Below, in pieces: positions 50,601 through 64,000 of a DNA stretch of 64,000 nt. This DNA is from Balanoglossus misakiensis (lineage: Eukaryota; Animalia; Hemichordata). The position numbers and the translations under genes are program-made. The first letter of the stretch is position 1; each line of letters begins with the position of its first letter. The DNA lies in assembly GCA_040954595.2 (NCBI GenBank), contig CM082579.2, forward strand, positions 7,491,625-7,555,624, written 5' to 3'. Under the pieces are notes generated by a model. The model saw only the letters and a list, made by a program, of their open reading frames with translations, had not been told where the DNA came from and did no database searches.

Positions 50601-53600
50601 TTTTTTCAGTTTGATGAAATGATGGATTCGTAAAATATCCCTTTAATTAGTCATATTTATATTTTTCACGGTTAGTTCTTGAGTATTTTCTAGCCTGTAT
50701 ATTGAAATTTTCAGGATAATTTTTCTTACCTGGCTGTTCACCTAAATCTTATCATAAAATACTGAAGGAAGCGTCTCTTAAAATTGTGTGCAGATATACC
50801 CGGTAGTATTTTTTTTATAGTGTACTGAATTGGAAGTCGAATATTTTGTAATTCCCTTTTTGAACATTTTAATCTGTAACCACTGTTCTGCTACTAAGGC
50901 ATTATAAACGGATTTGCAACATCCTGTTGTGCGTTCCATCAGAGTCGTGCCATACATCTTTGATAGGATGTTTGGCTCCACGTAAGTGGCACTGGCACAA
51001 GAGCTGTTACTCTGTCTAAATACTGAATGTATTCACTTGGGGGGGGGGGATAATGGGAGGGAAAGGGAAAAATGTTGAAAAAGAGAATGTCGGGGGCAGA
51101 GAGAGAGATCAAGCAAGAAAAAGACCGCCTTCGAGTGACTTCTTCATTGTACTTTCAAATCAGATTATTCAATTTATTCTGTTGGCATATTCTAACCCCA
51201 CAACTCTTCTTCTACCTTTATTTTTTCTATTTGATAGGTTTTTAGGAATTTCCCCGACATCAAAGCAGAAATCATGTACGACGTGCTGCATGATCCCGAG
51301 TACAGGAAGCTCTGGGATAAGGCTATGGCCGAGGGCAGAGAGGTGTGCCTTCTTAACCCCAATAACGATATAGGATATTATGCATGTAAGTAGCTTACTA
51401 ATACTAACAAACACAACTGATTTACAAGTGCCTGTGTGCGTTAGTTAATTTTGACACATTCACCTGTAAATTTGATAATTATCCAGTAGTGATAGAACAG
51501 TTCCGGTGTTAATTAATTATTAAAGTGTGTAGTACTAACCACTTGATGAATTTTTCTAACACTACAATATGGTTTGGTTGATTTTGATGACCATACCTTG
51601 GCATCTGAATATGCACACAAGTAGATATTCATAAGATATTCACACATACATGCACCATCCATCTGGTTGCAGCAGTCCAGTTCTATACTTTGAACAGATC
51701 ACCACATTTGCAACAACATCCTTGGATGTCGTAATATTCCGATATCACAAAGCATGCCGCTGATGCCCGCGAGCAATCCAGAAACCTGGTATATTATTCG
51801 TTCATCCGCCATACATTGCTGTTTTTCGCCCTTGACAAATAATGCTTATACACGGCGACCTTTTGAAATCTTCCTAATGGGAAGACAGGCTTTTCTGGAG
51901 GGTCTAGGATTTGTTTTTCACTTTTCCGTGCAGCGTGATTCAGATTATGCTGCTTTACTCCTACGTGTAAAATGGAAAACTCCTTCAGGGTAGTGTTATT
52001 CATAATGATCATGTATTCCACTTAGTGTATATCTTCTGCTAAATTCACACATCTAGTGTGTCTCGCGTGTCATCGAAGATTTCTGTGTGACTGTCAAACC
52101 ATGTAATGGAGGGGCTCAGGTCACTTAATATTTTCTGGGGGTTTTTCTGGTGATTTTGATTTTGGACTGCGTCATCTAAATTGGTTTTGCATCAGAAGTG
52201 AACTTTAATCCCAGTACACCGCAGTCAAAAAGAAGAATACAGAACTGATGGTCATGTTAATTAATAGCCAGCAGTGCAAGATGGTTTCGTTGCTATGAAT
52301 TGTTACTTAAAAATCATCTGCTCATCATTGTTAGAATCATATGGTGTGCGATCTCACCTTTTAAACCTGTACGTGTTATCCCCATTGTATCACATACCTC
52401 AACATGGAAGAAAGGACATTTCAAAAGTCTAAAAGTCATGCATCTGATCTCCTAATTTTGTATTTATTGTGAATGGACATGTCATACAGTATGTTTATAG
52501 CCACAGTGACCTATGTTACAATTTGTGCAAACTTGTTTGAGATTTAATATACTGTAGCAGTGTACAAAAAACTGATTTGCAAAAAATGCCATCTCAATTC
52601 AATTATTTATACTGGTTATACCAGTATACAGATAGTTTTGCTGTACATATTTTCACCGCGTCTGCAAGTGATATCATTCAGAGAAGTCCTTTAGCTTGGT
52701 CTGCCAGTCTGCCAATATATCTGAATTTGATATTTGCCCAACCAACCTCCTCCATCTGTGGAACTATCCAAAGGTCAGCGACCTCGGGATCAGCCTCGGG
52801 ATAACAGGAAGTACAAATGTAGGTGGAAATGGCATTGAGCCGAGCAGGTGATGCCATGATTGGATTACATCGAAACAAATGATATACGTGCATCTGTAAT
52901 GGTCAATGTCTCCCGAGTTGGAATTACATTTGACAGGTCAAATCCTATTTGGAATGACTGTCACAATTCTAGAGTCCCTTTCATGGCCCTGATTAAGACT
53001 CGCATATCCGGAGTCCATTATATTCAACAAAAGAACTCACCTCTCCATGAGCGTTTGATATACTTTCCTGTTTTATAACAGTTGTGAATCAAGAGCCGTT
53101 TCTTTCATGGTGACACCGTCAAAACGGAAATGTTTGGTTTTCAGATGTCGTAATTAACACTTTAACGACAAAACCCTACGGCGGAATTGTACGTACTTCA
53201 GCGGCAAGATTTTATGGAAGTTGTGGGGAAACGGATGCATGTAAGTTTTCCGCGGACATATTTCTCGTGATGTGGTCGACGTACGTGCGTGGGCAGGTAG
53301 TCAGAGTGAATGTCACGACTACTGTCTGATAAGGATAAAAGAAGGAAGTAATGTTCAATGGTGAGAGGGAAAAATGTCATTTTTAAGCTGTCGTCGAGCC
53401 TGGTGACCTTTCCACATTTCAGTTTGTTATAGTCGTACGTGTGTATCCTAATAGCAAGGTCCTCTAGTCTAATCCCGCGATGAATGAGTAGGGCTCTCAT
53501 CACTACAGAGTGAGTGGGCTGTACATGCATGTATAGGTGGTACATTGTTATATGCCTCAACCGTTGAAAAATCAAATTTTATCAGAGAGACTCGGTATTT

Positions 53601-56600
53601 GCCAAACGCTCCTGGAGGAATAAGTCGGTTTGATGCGTAGGATGTTTTGAGTGGGCGTGGGTTGTCAATAAAAAGTTCATCTTTTTCAAAGAAATGTTTC
53701 AATCGTGCGGAAGGTGTCTGTCTTGTAAGAAAGTAAACACGTTGACATTTACTAGGTTGGAATGGTGGTCGTTTGGAGTGCAGCTTGGGTGTTTTCATGT
53801 TTGCATGAAAATGAGGAAAATAACACGCCCCCCCCCCCCCCCCCCACCCTGATTTGCCTTCACTCGCCCAGAATTTCCGTTCTGGATGCTTGATTTGATT
53901 AGTCTCTTTCAACACAATAGTGATCATACACGTATCGATCAGGCGACATCGAAATTGTTTTACATGCTTTTCATAGATGTCATCTTCTGTTCGTGTGCAC
54001 TCATGAAAAAAGAACATCAACAAATTAATTTCAATGCCTTCACTTGCATGGATGCTTGACCGCTTTGAGGAAATTGCCTCAATAAAGAGAATATATGTTC
54101 AAAGATATACAACACAACCACCTGTTAGATTTTTTTATCTGAACACGTCAAAATTCATATTTTCACTCCACAGTGGGACTTTTTAATTCATGTGTGACAT
54201 AACTGTCACCTGACATTTGAAATTTTAATCTTTATACCAGCATATGACATTTTACATATACATTTACATACATCAATATGTACCTTTCACTCTATACATT
54301 AGTGTGTTTTGTCATAATGCACATAAATGCAAATGTACTGAGTGGGTAATTTGAATAGGCAGAGCCTACTGAAGATATAATAAAGGGCAAAACAGTAAAA
54401 ATTAAGTTGTCATATTAAAAATCATGCCAAAGTTATAGTTGCTGGTGCTTTCATACAGTCTTGTCTAAATGTAACAACAAAACAGCTACTGATGGTGTCT
54501 AGAGGAAAAGTTTAAAAAATGATAATGAAAAAAAAAACGAAAAAGCCGTCAGGTTTCTTGCAGTAGGCTGTGGACTGATAGTACACTGGCAACCTTGTTG
54601 GTCTTTTTTTTTCTGAGTTCTACTGTAAATAACAGAGTTCAGATCAATATTTAAATCTGTTTGAAGTTCTGCAAGTGGATCGATCTCTCTAAATGCGCAA
54701 ACAATGGAATGTGAATGGAGATCTGTGGGAGAACCACGTCATTGATTGGTATTGATTGATACGATTCGGCGACACACAACCCAAGGTTACACGCTAAATA
54801 GAAAATATACCGTTTGCAATCTGGATTCTGTCGATTTTTTCCCTCTCTGACTTTGCAGTTTTATTACGTGTTATTATACACACTGACACAGTTGCAACGT
54901 CATGTCAGAATAGTCGGGTTGAGAAAGGAACGTTGTGACAAAATGTGAAACAAAATCATCTCTGCAGATATTTTCTTCATGTCAAAGTCAGTGATGCAGA
55001 AGGTTGTTGAAATATTTAAAGGAGAAGTATTTAAATCGCTCCATGTTGATTGTTCATATGGAATAAAAATTGGTAGGATTTCAGTTGAGTTACATCCTAT
55101 GACATCAGTCAATCACATGCACATGCGTACATGCAAAGTGTGTGTACTACACCACCTTGTTGTTTGAGTACAGAGATTAGAACCCTCATGGCCTGTCCAG
55201 AAGTTCTGATTGAATGGCCTGTTTGCAATTTGTCTGGATATTAATGGATAGTCTGCATGTGTGAGTGTGAAAGAAAAATCAAACAAACTATTACAGTCCT
55301 TGGATGAAACTTTCCCCAAAAGTATTTGTGTAAAAAGTGGAAGGTTGATTGATTATAACCTCCATGCCGGCAGCTAGCATATGCATTTCTGGATATGTTC
55401 AGTTTGTATGTAATAAATTAAATGCTTCAGATGTAGGTCGTTTGAAAGATGTGCTGGTATGTTGTCGCGTGGAAATTGAAATACTGGATGTGAGTGATCT
55501 ATTTTTAAAAAGAGTTAATTTGAAATTTCAATGGAACATCCTGTCTGACTCCGTATATGACCTTTAGAATGACCTTTGCTGGTCAGAGTTTTATCAGTTA
55601 GGGCAGAATGGTTGGTTTACTTGCTTGAAAGGCAAATTTGTGATTTTTTTCAAATTTCAAAATAAATGTGACACCATCGATCATAGAGAAAAAGTACCTC
55701 TTTCTCTAAGGTTGATGGTGACACTAAGCAAACGATGTCAAATACAAAGTAGATGAGGCAACTTGCATGTGTACTTTCTAATTAGAGTCCGGAAGTGTTT
55801 GTTTTTTGTGAAATGTTTGAATAGGGGTTTTAATTTTGTCATCATATCTGTAACTTGTAAGTCAATATTTTCATTTCATATCTGTCTTCTGGGTTTAAGC
55901 ATGGTTGCAGTGAGCAAATTGGGGGAGTGTTGCAACGTGCTTCTTGGTTGATATATGCTGACGTTGTTTTTGTTCGTCACGGTTCCGATGCCAGTAACAA
56001 CAACATTTGATATTTCCAGCAATGTGAGATTTCAGTGGAAGTTGCCACAAAAATCCACTCTGTAGCAATCTCTCATGCCCCAGTGATGTTATCCACACAC
56101 TGTCATCACACAGACCTCGGGGCAACTTGTGTGATTTCAGTCGCCACTGTCATCAGGTGCATGTCGAGAAGCATGTGATGTTTATCAGGGTTTATAATCG
56201 GCGTCTGCTACATCCAGATGGGACTTTTTATCACATCTTACAATGAAATCTAATGTTGACAGACGCCAAAACATTGCACACAATGCTGACACGTTGCAAT
56301 AATAGAAATAGCCTAGAAATGTTATATCCAATTCATTTGAAAATTGCATCTTACAGAGCAAACTTGTCCCTAGTCTATGTGACTGAAGCATGTGCAGTCG
56401 GTATTCCAATGTCTCAGCACTAATCGGTTTTGTTTCGTTCTGTTTTTGTTTCTTTTCAGTGAAATGTCCATCGCCCATCAAGAACCGTGACTTTGTACTG
56501 CAGAGGACGTGGTTAGAAACAAATACAGAATATGTTATTTTTAATCATTCAATTTTTCACAAGGTAAGAGGAGTGTTCTGTCACAGGTGTTACTCTGACT

Positions 56601-59600
56601 CTATCTTCCCACAAGGTTCAGTCGACGTCTGATGAGTTGGCGTTTTGTGAAGTATGATGATTGTCCAATAACCCAGTGTATCTGGGATACAGATGACATT
56701 GATAGCTTGGTGCATAATATATGAAACACAGGAATGATGAAAACTCAAATATACTGTATAATGGAAATTTTTGCGAACGATAAATTTTCACAGACTTCGC
56801 TAGTCAATCACCCAGTCACTCAAAATGGCCTAACCTACGCAGAACCACTGTAGTCGATCAGTGGCTGGACAGACATACAGCAAATCAACTGGTCGCAGGT
56901 ACTGTAATGTAAAAACAAATGAATAATTGATATCTGCTAGACTAGTCTGTATGAGTTCTGGCATATTGTCTGTGAACACTCTGTCTCGCCGCAGTGACCA
57001 AATTCTTCGAGACTCTCTGCTGTTATTTCTCGCATCTGGGTACTATACGAGTTCTGTTTGATGGCTTTCAGCCCCTGTCATTAGCTATACACGTCGTAAC
57101 TTGCATCGAAAATCGACAGTCAGGTTTGTTCCAGTCTCCATTCGGTCTATTGAATTAGCGCAATGATGAGCACACCGCGACCTCGGAATATGACCTAGCT
57201 TGAACCGAACACGGACAAGATCTGAATAACAAATATTTGGATGTGGAGGCCACTAGAAATTTGAAGAGCCAGCCTACTTTTTGATGGAACTTGTGCACAT
57301 TTTGATATATCAGTGCAGGGGTTGGCATGGTGATTGACGTCACCACATATAATGCTCATCAGATTTGACTTGCAGACTAGACAGGCTTCATATTAAAAAC
57401 AAATTTCTCCCTGCCCAACGACTTAAACCCATTGCCATCTAAATTGAACTTTTGAAGAGTGCATGGCTAGGTCTTACAAACAAATTGCATTTTGAAATTA
57501 AGGAGGGAAAATTTATGATTATGTTTGCTGTGACATTGATAAATTCCTGTCCTGTCGTGGCATGAGATGGCATTTTGATCCTACTTTTACTGTCAATCGT
57601 TATTTCTGTGTCCTTCTGTTTGTTTGTTCTATTCAAAAACACCTGAGCAAGGTTGAAAATGCATTTTGCCTAATGTGTACATGTAAAATACTTTTTTCAG
57701 TTAAATAATATAAGATTGGACAGAAAATGAGATAAATCTTTCCTACGCATTGTATGTCACTAACATTGCTTTTAATAACTTTGCCAGTGCTATGGAGTTA
57801 ATACTCGTCCCATTTCTTTGCACCATTATGACATCCAGTGATCCACATTGTAAAAAACACACACAAAAAAAAACAGTTTTTGCTGCATTGGGGTGATATC
57901 AGGTCATGTTTAGGTCAAAGTTCAAGGTTCATACAGACTTGATATAGGGGTGTCATGTTTAGATGCTTTTTGCTCTTGTCAATTGTTTGCAACATGTTTT
58001 TATATTGAATACTGTGTCTTTTCTTTTATCAGGATCTTCCTCCAAAGAAAGGTTATGTCAGGGCAGAATCGCAGATTACAGGGTATCTTATAAGACCTAA
58101 ATCCAAGGGTTGTGAAATGACGTACGTGTCGCAGTCAGATCCCAAAGGTAAGCCATCATTCTGTCACACAGCAAAACAAAAGCCATCAATTCCTGCAGTT
58201 GAGTCAGTTTTTTCTTCCCCCTTCTCCCATTATACGGAGAAAATAAGAGACTTTATGAAAAAATGGTTTATAGGGCTCGTTTAGACCTTGCCATAGGTAG
58301 TTTGGGGGGAAATCTAAAATATGTTTAACTGGACCAGTCTTCCTGTCACGTTTTTGTAGCAGAAATTGCACTGGTTCATGAGCACACTGCTTCCACCCCT
58401 ATTTGTAGTAATAAGTGGAATAGTCCGTGATCAGAATTCCATCAGTTGCTTCAGTACACTCGCCCAAGCATTGTAAATATACATCTCCCATCTCAGCGGG
58501 AATTCCATGTCAACAAGATATGCTACACATCTCGGCTTTCCTGGATGCATACAGCAGTTTCTCTCCGCTCTACTGTTGTCATGGTAACGCTGTGCCCAGA
58601 CGAAGACACCCGCAGCTAGCCAGCCTTCGTGTCTCCCCTCCATGTCACGTGATCGGTCGTCGACGGCAACTGCATTAGTACTCATGCTTTAGTAATCCAT
58701 GGCTGCCCTATCGGGTGCTTGGTTCCTGTCGGAAGCCAGGCTATGTCTAGGTTCCGCAGAGTGCATCCTAGGGATTTGACTGGAAGTGTTTGCGGATTAG
58801 GGAACTGATGGAGTTTGCACTTCTGTGTGGCATGGAAATTGATCAAATGTAGTAGGATGTCACTGAACTAACCATGTGTGAACTTTGTGAAAGGTTGTTT
58901 GCAAGTACAGTACTACAAGATAAATGTCGGAGGAGTTTTGCTGGTGCCTGGTTCAATCAATCATAAAATAAATTGATGAGGAACTGTCCCAGTTGACAGC
59001 TAAAAGGGAAGTTAAAGTGTCCGCAAGCATTTCCTGTACATTTTGATTGATTATATATCTTTGCTTTCTTCACCAGGTTCACTTCCAAAGTGGCTTGTAA
59101 ATAAAATAACGCAGATAATTGCACCCAAGGTAGGTTAATGTCACGTCATTTGCTTCTATTTTGAATCTTGATGGCTTCTTTTAGTGTTTTGGGCTCCAGA
59201 GTCTGGTGTGTCTGTCGTGTGAAGGTGTTTTGCTCTGAAAGAATTGCAATAAATCTGTGTGTAGACATGGCAATAATGGCATCAAGGATGAGAGACAATC
59301 TGGCACTAGCAACTATGGGTGTCTTATGTTACCTTCATTAATTGGGACAGTTACGAAATTGTCTTCAACTGTGACGACAATGGAGAGTGTATCCCTGGAT
59401 ACGTCGGCGGGTTGCTAGGAGACTGTATTTTCATCGGTTTCTTCCAGCACCCTCGCGTTATTATGCTCTCCTCATCCAGGGCAGCAGAGTGTGGGTACTT
59501 CAGGGAAATCAAATGGTACATTATACAAAGATGGGTTCATCTGAATCTGGAACCAAGCTGGTGTCGAAGTGTTTCATCGTATTTCTAGTTTAAAACGTTA

Positions 59601-59992
59601 ATATATTTTATGCTTCGCTGTAGCATTTGGCCAGGTTCCCCCTTGCACCCCTATACAACCATTACTTGGTAGGGTCCCCTTCTTACATTTGGACCGCTAG
59701 ATAGGCATATGGGGTGAAACTATAAAGCCTCATAGGATGATACTAATTTGCGTAATCTGCGTGGCTTTCATTGCAGATCATGCAGAGAGTCTACAAAGCC
59801 TGTCTGAAGTACCCGTCGTGGAAGGCCAAGAACAACCCCAACTACAAGCCCTGGCTCTACCCGGAGCAGAACTCCCTGCAAAGACTGAAAATCGACGACA
59901 TCCTGGAGAAAGCCAACTATTCGACTGAATCGCTGGATGAAAGTTCGCTCCGAGAAGAGGAGATGGCAGACCTAGACTTGGATGAGGATTAA
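44672..59992 (+). CDS. STARD10: START domain-containing protein 10 (PCTP-like); exons 44672-44836, 51238-51385, 56460-56563, 58033-58147, 59077-59129, 59777-59992
   Basis: VRIPDDEDF...GW; [15 protein letters not shown]...NPNNDIGYY; [17 protein letters not shown]; PPKKGYVRA; [13 protein letters not shown]; [11 protein letters not shown]...KPWLYPEQ; acidic tail ESLDES. All introns are GT-AG with consistent phases. Confidence 0.95.
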
Positions 59993-62900
59993 GAACTGCG
60001 AGAGACACAGAAAAGAAAAGAAAAAATACCTTACGAGACCGGTACTGCCATAATTGGCCCCACTGGACATGCCTTGGTATATACTCACACAAAACACCTT
60101 TTTTGATTAGATAAAAAATTAGATCCCCGCGAAATTATGACGTAGAGACGGGAGCTTATTCTTTGATGAGTACAGAATGACAAATATTCTTCTAAATGGT
60201 GCATCTTTTCTTCCTGTACAACAAACCATCTCTGTTTCTTCATATCAGTGGAATTCGGTCATTTTATCTACCAACAGTACTCGGACGAGTTTTTTTGACA
60301 ACTTGAGGGACACTCGAGAAAATGTATTTTTAAAACTTTGTCTGAAATGCACTGTTGAAAGGGCCAGTACGAGAGAGCTGTGGTAATTTCTCCCTGCGCT
60401 CAGACTTGGTACCGTAATAGATTTACTCAATAATTTTGATGAAAAAAAAATACACCTGACGATGGTTTTGGCTTAAAGAAAGATGGAATTACTGTGTATT
60501 ACTGTAGCTTTGTTTCATAGTGTAAATACACACAGCAATGCAACTTATTAGCTCTGTAACATATAAAATTATGCTTACTATTGAAGTGCAGTGCAATGTA
60601 GATATTAAATTTGTGAGTCTTAATTACTTTCTATCGTGGCTTGTCTGATTGAAACTTACGACATTTCTGAAAACAAGACAAAATAATGCGAACTTCTGGC
60701 TGTGTTTTGTATATCAGTATTTTTAATAGCCGTGATTCAAATCTGCAGGACAGATATAAAATGCTGAATAAAATAATTGTACAGTGTGGTGATATTATTC
60801 ACAAATGATTTCCAAGTTGCCTTATGAAAGATGAGAGCTGAAAATGCTATTTGCGTTCTGTCTGGTGGTACATGTATATTTGACAAGAATTTGTAACCTT
60901 TTCCCCCACCTGTGTGCCATACTTTTTTTCACGTGTGCCACCCACTGAAAATCTGTGATTGGCTTGATCCCAATTTGCCATGGTAACAATACCTAATGTT
61001 CCATAGGTGGCCGTGAACCTCTGGGCCATCTTTGATGAGGCAACTTGTAAGTGTAACTTCTACCAAGTGCTGTTTCACATCGCGAAACAATTTCTTCAAA
61101 TATACTTCAAGGGCTTTTTCATAGACTTTATCACTCGTATTCTTTCTGGCACAGATTCCACTGGTTTGCGAGATGGCTTACATGCAATAATATATTTGGA
61201 GATGGAATTATAACATAAATTAAAAAAATATAAAAAATAAATTGAAGATCATCAGATCGACATAATAAAATCTTTTTTTCCTGTGGTTTTGGGGTATAGA
61301 TTCATTTTTACATAGAGGAGAATTTTGTATACGGGATTAATGGGTGCTTCTTGATAATCTTGTATTTGTCTGTGATTGATAAAGCATTTTTTGTAAATAC
61401 ACGTAACCCCTGACAACGCTGTTGCCGATAATGGTTCCCCCCATGGCTCAGCTTTAAACCTTACCCTTTTCGAAAGGGCTGGGCCACTGTAACTTTGAGG
61501 GGTGATTTATATGGGTATTTTAAAATCCCAAGAGATATTAGATTAAAAAAATCCACCAACAAAGTTTACACTACTTACATTGCTGGAATGATTTTAGATC
61601 ATGTATTAAATTGCACTGAAATTTTTAGAGGAAAGCGACGTGTTGCTTTGCTCAATGAACAGGTGTTCAGACCAAAGTTTATGCTTGATATACACGGGTG
61701 CAGAACTTACAATGTAGTGGAGTTACAGCAGTATGTAGGATGTAAACAATATTAATACGTAGACACATACAACCCTGTTCATTAATAGCTATGGCACAAG
61801 GCCTTTTCACATTGGATGCTTTGTATCCATGACGTAGATGGTGCTACCAAAATTTTCAAAAAGTGCTTGAGTTCAGAAGACGTGCTTTGGGTGGTATAGA
61901 CTACACTGGGAGAGTTACTGCTGACAAGTTAAACTATTAGCCGTAGATTTGAGAAATGAAATAACCACCTCCACCGGGACGGGCGTTCACAAATAACAGA
62001 ACTGCATGACCGAAAATGTGCAGTTACAACCACTCAAGTGTGTAGGCCAGTAGACCAACATCTCCAACACTGAACTCAAACTGACTGATAATTTCTGTAG
62101 TCTTTTGTTTTAAAGTCAAACACCATTTCAACAATGATAAATTTGTTCTGTAGGAAAGAAATAATGGCAGCCACATTTATCATCACATCATTTATCTTTA
62201 CTTGCAAGCGCAGATTGTGAACAAAAAAAAAATCCATGTACTTACAGTTTCCTGAGTTGTATTTGCAATCTCACCAAAGTGATTTGTAACTTTTCCATGA
62301 CGAAATATCGTTGAACGGGTAAGCAAGAGTTGAAGGCGGTGTGATGGCTATAATGAGCATCGCGGGGTTAGCTAGATTCATAATACTACAAAGTAACACA
62401 TGGCCTGGGTGATTAGCTTTTTGGACTTCATTTAGCTGGAAAAACACACACAATGCCTTCATTTCAATATTACTCTTACATTTGCCTTGAACAAGCTGCG
62501 CACGACACTTTTGAAAAAAGCTGAGCCGAGCTCTCTCCAATTCAGATTTCATGTTCATTGTAGCAGCTGCCAATTTTTGATGTAAAATATTATCAATATT
62601 TACACTTTTTGTCTGTCACATGTAATGATATAAAAATTGCTTTGAGACTAGAATGGAATTTTCACATTATTATGATTTCATTTTTTGTAGTTCAAGATCT
62701 TCAAACCATTCCACTCAATACTGATACAGTTCAAATTTTGAAACTCAAAAAAAAGTGTACAAAAAACCTGCCTTTTTTGGAATTTTCTGTCATTTTGACG
62801 ATTCATGTTGAGTAAAGATCTCTGAAGGATGTAGATTTCAGAAAGTATATATTCAAAATAGTTTCTTCTTCTAGTCAAGAAATCGGAGCATTCAAATTGA

Positions 62901-64000
62901 GACTCGAAGCTTGAGATTTTCAACATCTAAATATTGGGTGGGAATTAAGAGAAGAATCTGAACTCAATTGAAAAATCACTTTGTTGTATGTCTTTACACA
63001 TTTGTCAAATCGCACAAAATCAAATGAATTTCACAGCCTGTCGGTGAAAAATTTCCATTCTTGAGAAAATTGTGTGAATACACATGAAGTCTTCCGTAGT
63101 CTTTTTAGTACGTCAATTTTTCTGTTTCTGAGCTGGAAGTGCATAATTTACACACGAGGTTCTGCAGTAGTGTTGCAATATTATATTTCCATTGGCAAGC
63201 CTTGTGGCCTGATAAGTGAATATAGTTCTTGATTTTTAATAAGCTTTGGTTTTTTGCGGGTTTTCTTATCGGTTCTGTGAAAATATGATATCAAACTGGG
63301 AAGATTTGTAAAAACTATCTACATATCATATATATACCAGGGGGTGCCACTCTCAGCTCTCAATTGGTGTAGCTGATCACAAATACACGAATGAGCACCC
63401 CGTGGTAGGTCATATCTGGGGGTGCCAGTCCAAAGCACCAAATAGTGTTGTTGGAGGTAATGTGCGAGTGAGCATGCCCTATTGTTTGGTGAATCAGTAT
63501 GGCGTTGCAGATCACAATTTTGTGGAGCAGCACCCCCTTACTATTTCAAAAGTTACAGTATCACTTTAGTTGAATGCATTTCTTTCCTCACATTATGTAA
63601 AGTTAAATATTTTTACAATCTATTAGTGTTGATTTTAGAGTGCTTTCACAATAAACACCATAAAGATTGGATTTTATGGAATTTGAAGTTTGACGATTGA
63701 GTCAAAAACAAGCAAATAAATAGAGATTTCTGCACAATTTTTATGTCTGAGTATGCTTTTTTGAAACATTGTGGTGAAACAGCCTGCTCAACAATGACTC
63801 CTCATGTGATTGATTGCTTGCATGCAACACTATGTGGTCGGAATCATATCCCTCCCACACATACAGTTGTGCATATCCAGCATACAGAAAAAAATAATCT
63901 TGATTAGATCAATATTTAGTTTGGACTCAGGATTGTTTTATTATATACCGAGTACCGTACATTGTGACATAAATATATATTTACAATAGAATACAAAATT

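Noticed and set aside
53198-54023. 125-aa and 184-aa minus-strand ORFs in a STARD10 intron
   Set aside because: Non-ATG starts, the longer one runs through a poly-C tract, and no RT or transposase motifs.
58575-58743. Single X-box plus degenerate TAGCC...GGCTA inverted ends in a STARD10 intron
   Set aside because: The inverted match is too short and mismatched; isolated X-box-like words recur often in this window (595, 48153, 60974).
61400-64000. Possible further gene or tRNA-derived SINE at the window end
   Set aside because: Only short ORFs without recognisable motifs, no convincing A/B boxes or cloverleaf; the small CCCTTT/AAAGGG hairpin at about 61465 is too short to call.

Overview
Eukaryotic, AT-rich, intron-containing genomic DNA from an invertebrate-type animal; the species cannot be determined from the sequence. 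Nine protein-coding genes can be reconstructed. In order: a TREX1/2-like DEDDh exonuclease (-), an F-box/LRR-type protein (-), a 10-finger C2H2 protein with a ZNF692/ZNF653-like N-terminus (+), SCLT1 (+, about 23 exons), an orphan acidic nuclear-type protein (-), two tandem AAMDC/Mth938-domain genes (+), PGM2 (-, 15 exons) and STARD10 (+, 6 exons). Three of the gene pairs are head-to-head. Mobile DNA includes a 3.3-kb foldback-like element with internally repetitive long inverted arms, a Tc1/mariner-type MITE with perfect 189-bp arms in PGM2 intron 1, and a small TTAA-flanked MITE. The strongest leads are: (1) the second AAMDC paralog gains an N-terminal transmembrane/signal-anchor exon; (2) an identically spaced RPRRxA-x9-PWWK motif is shared by the zinc-finger protein and the finger-less acidic orphan 15 kb away; (3) the foldback element; (4) a paired RFX X-box module inside the ciliary gene SCLT1. 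All exon boundaries were read by eye from GT-AG sites and reading phase, and family calls come from remembered motifs, not database searches.
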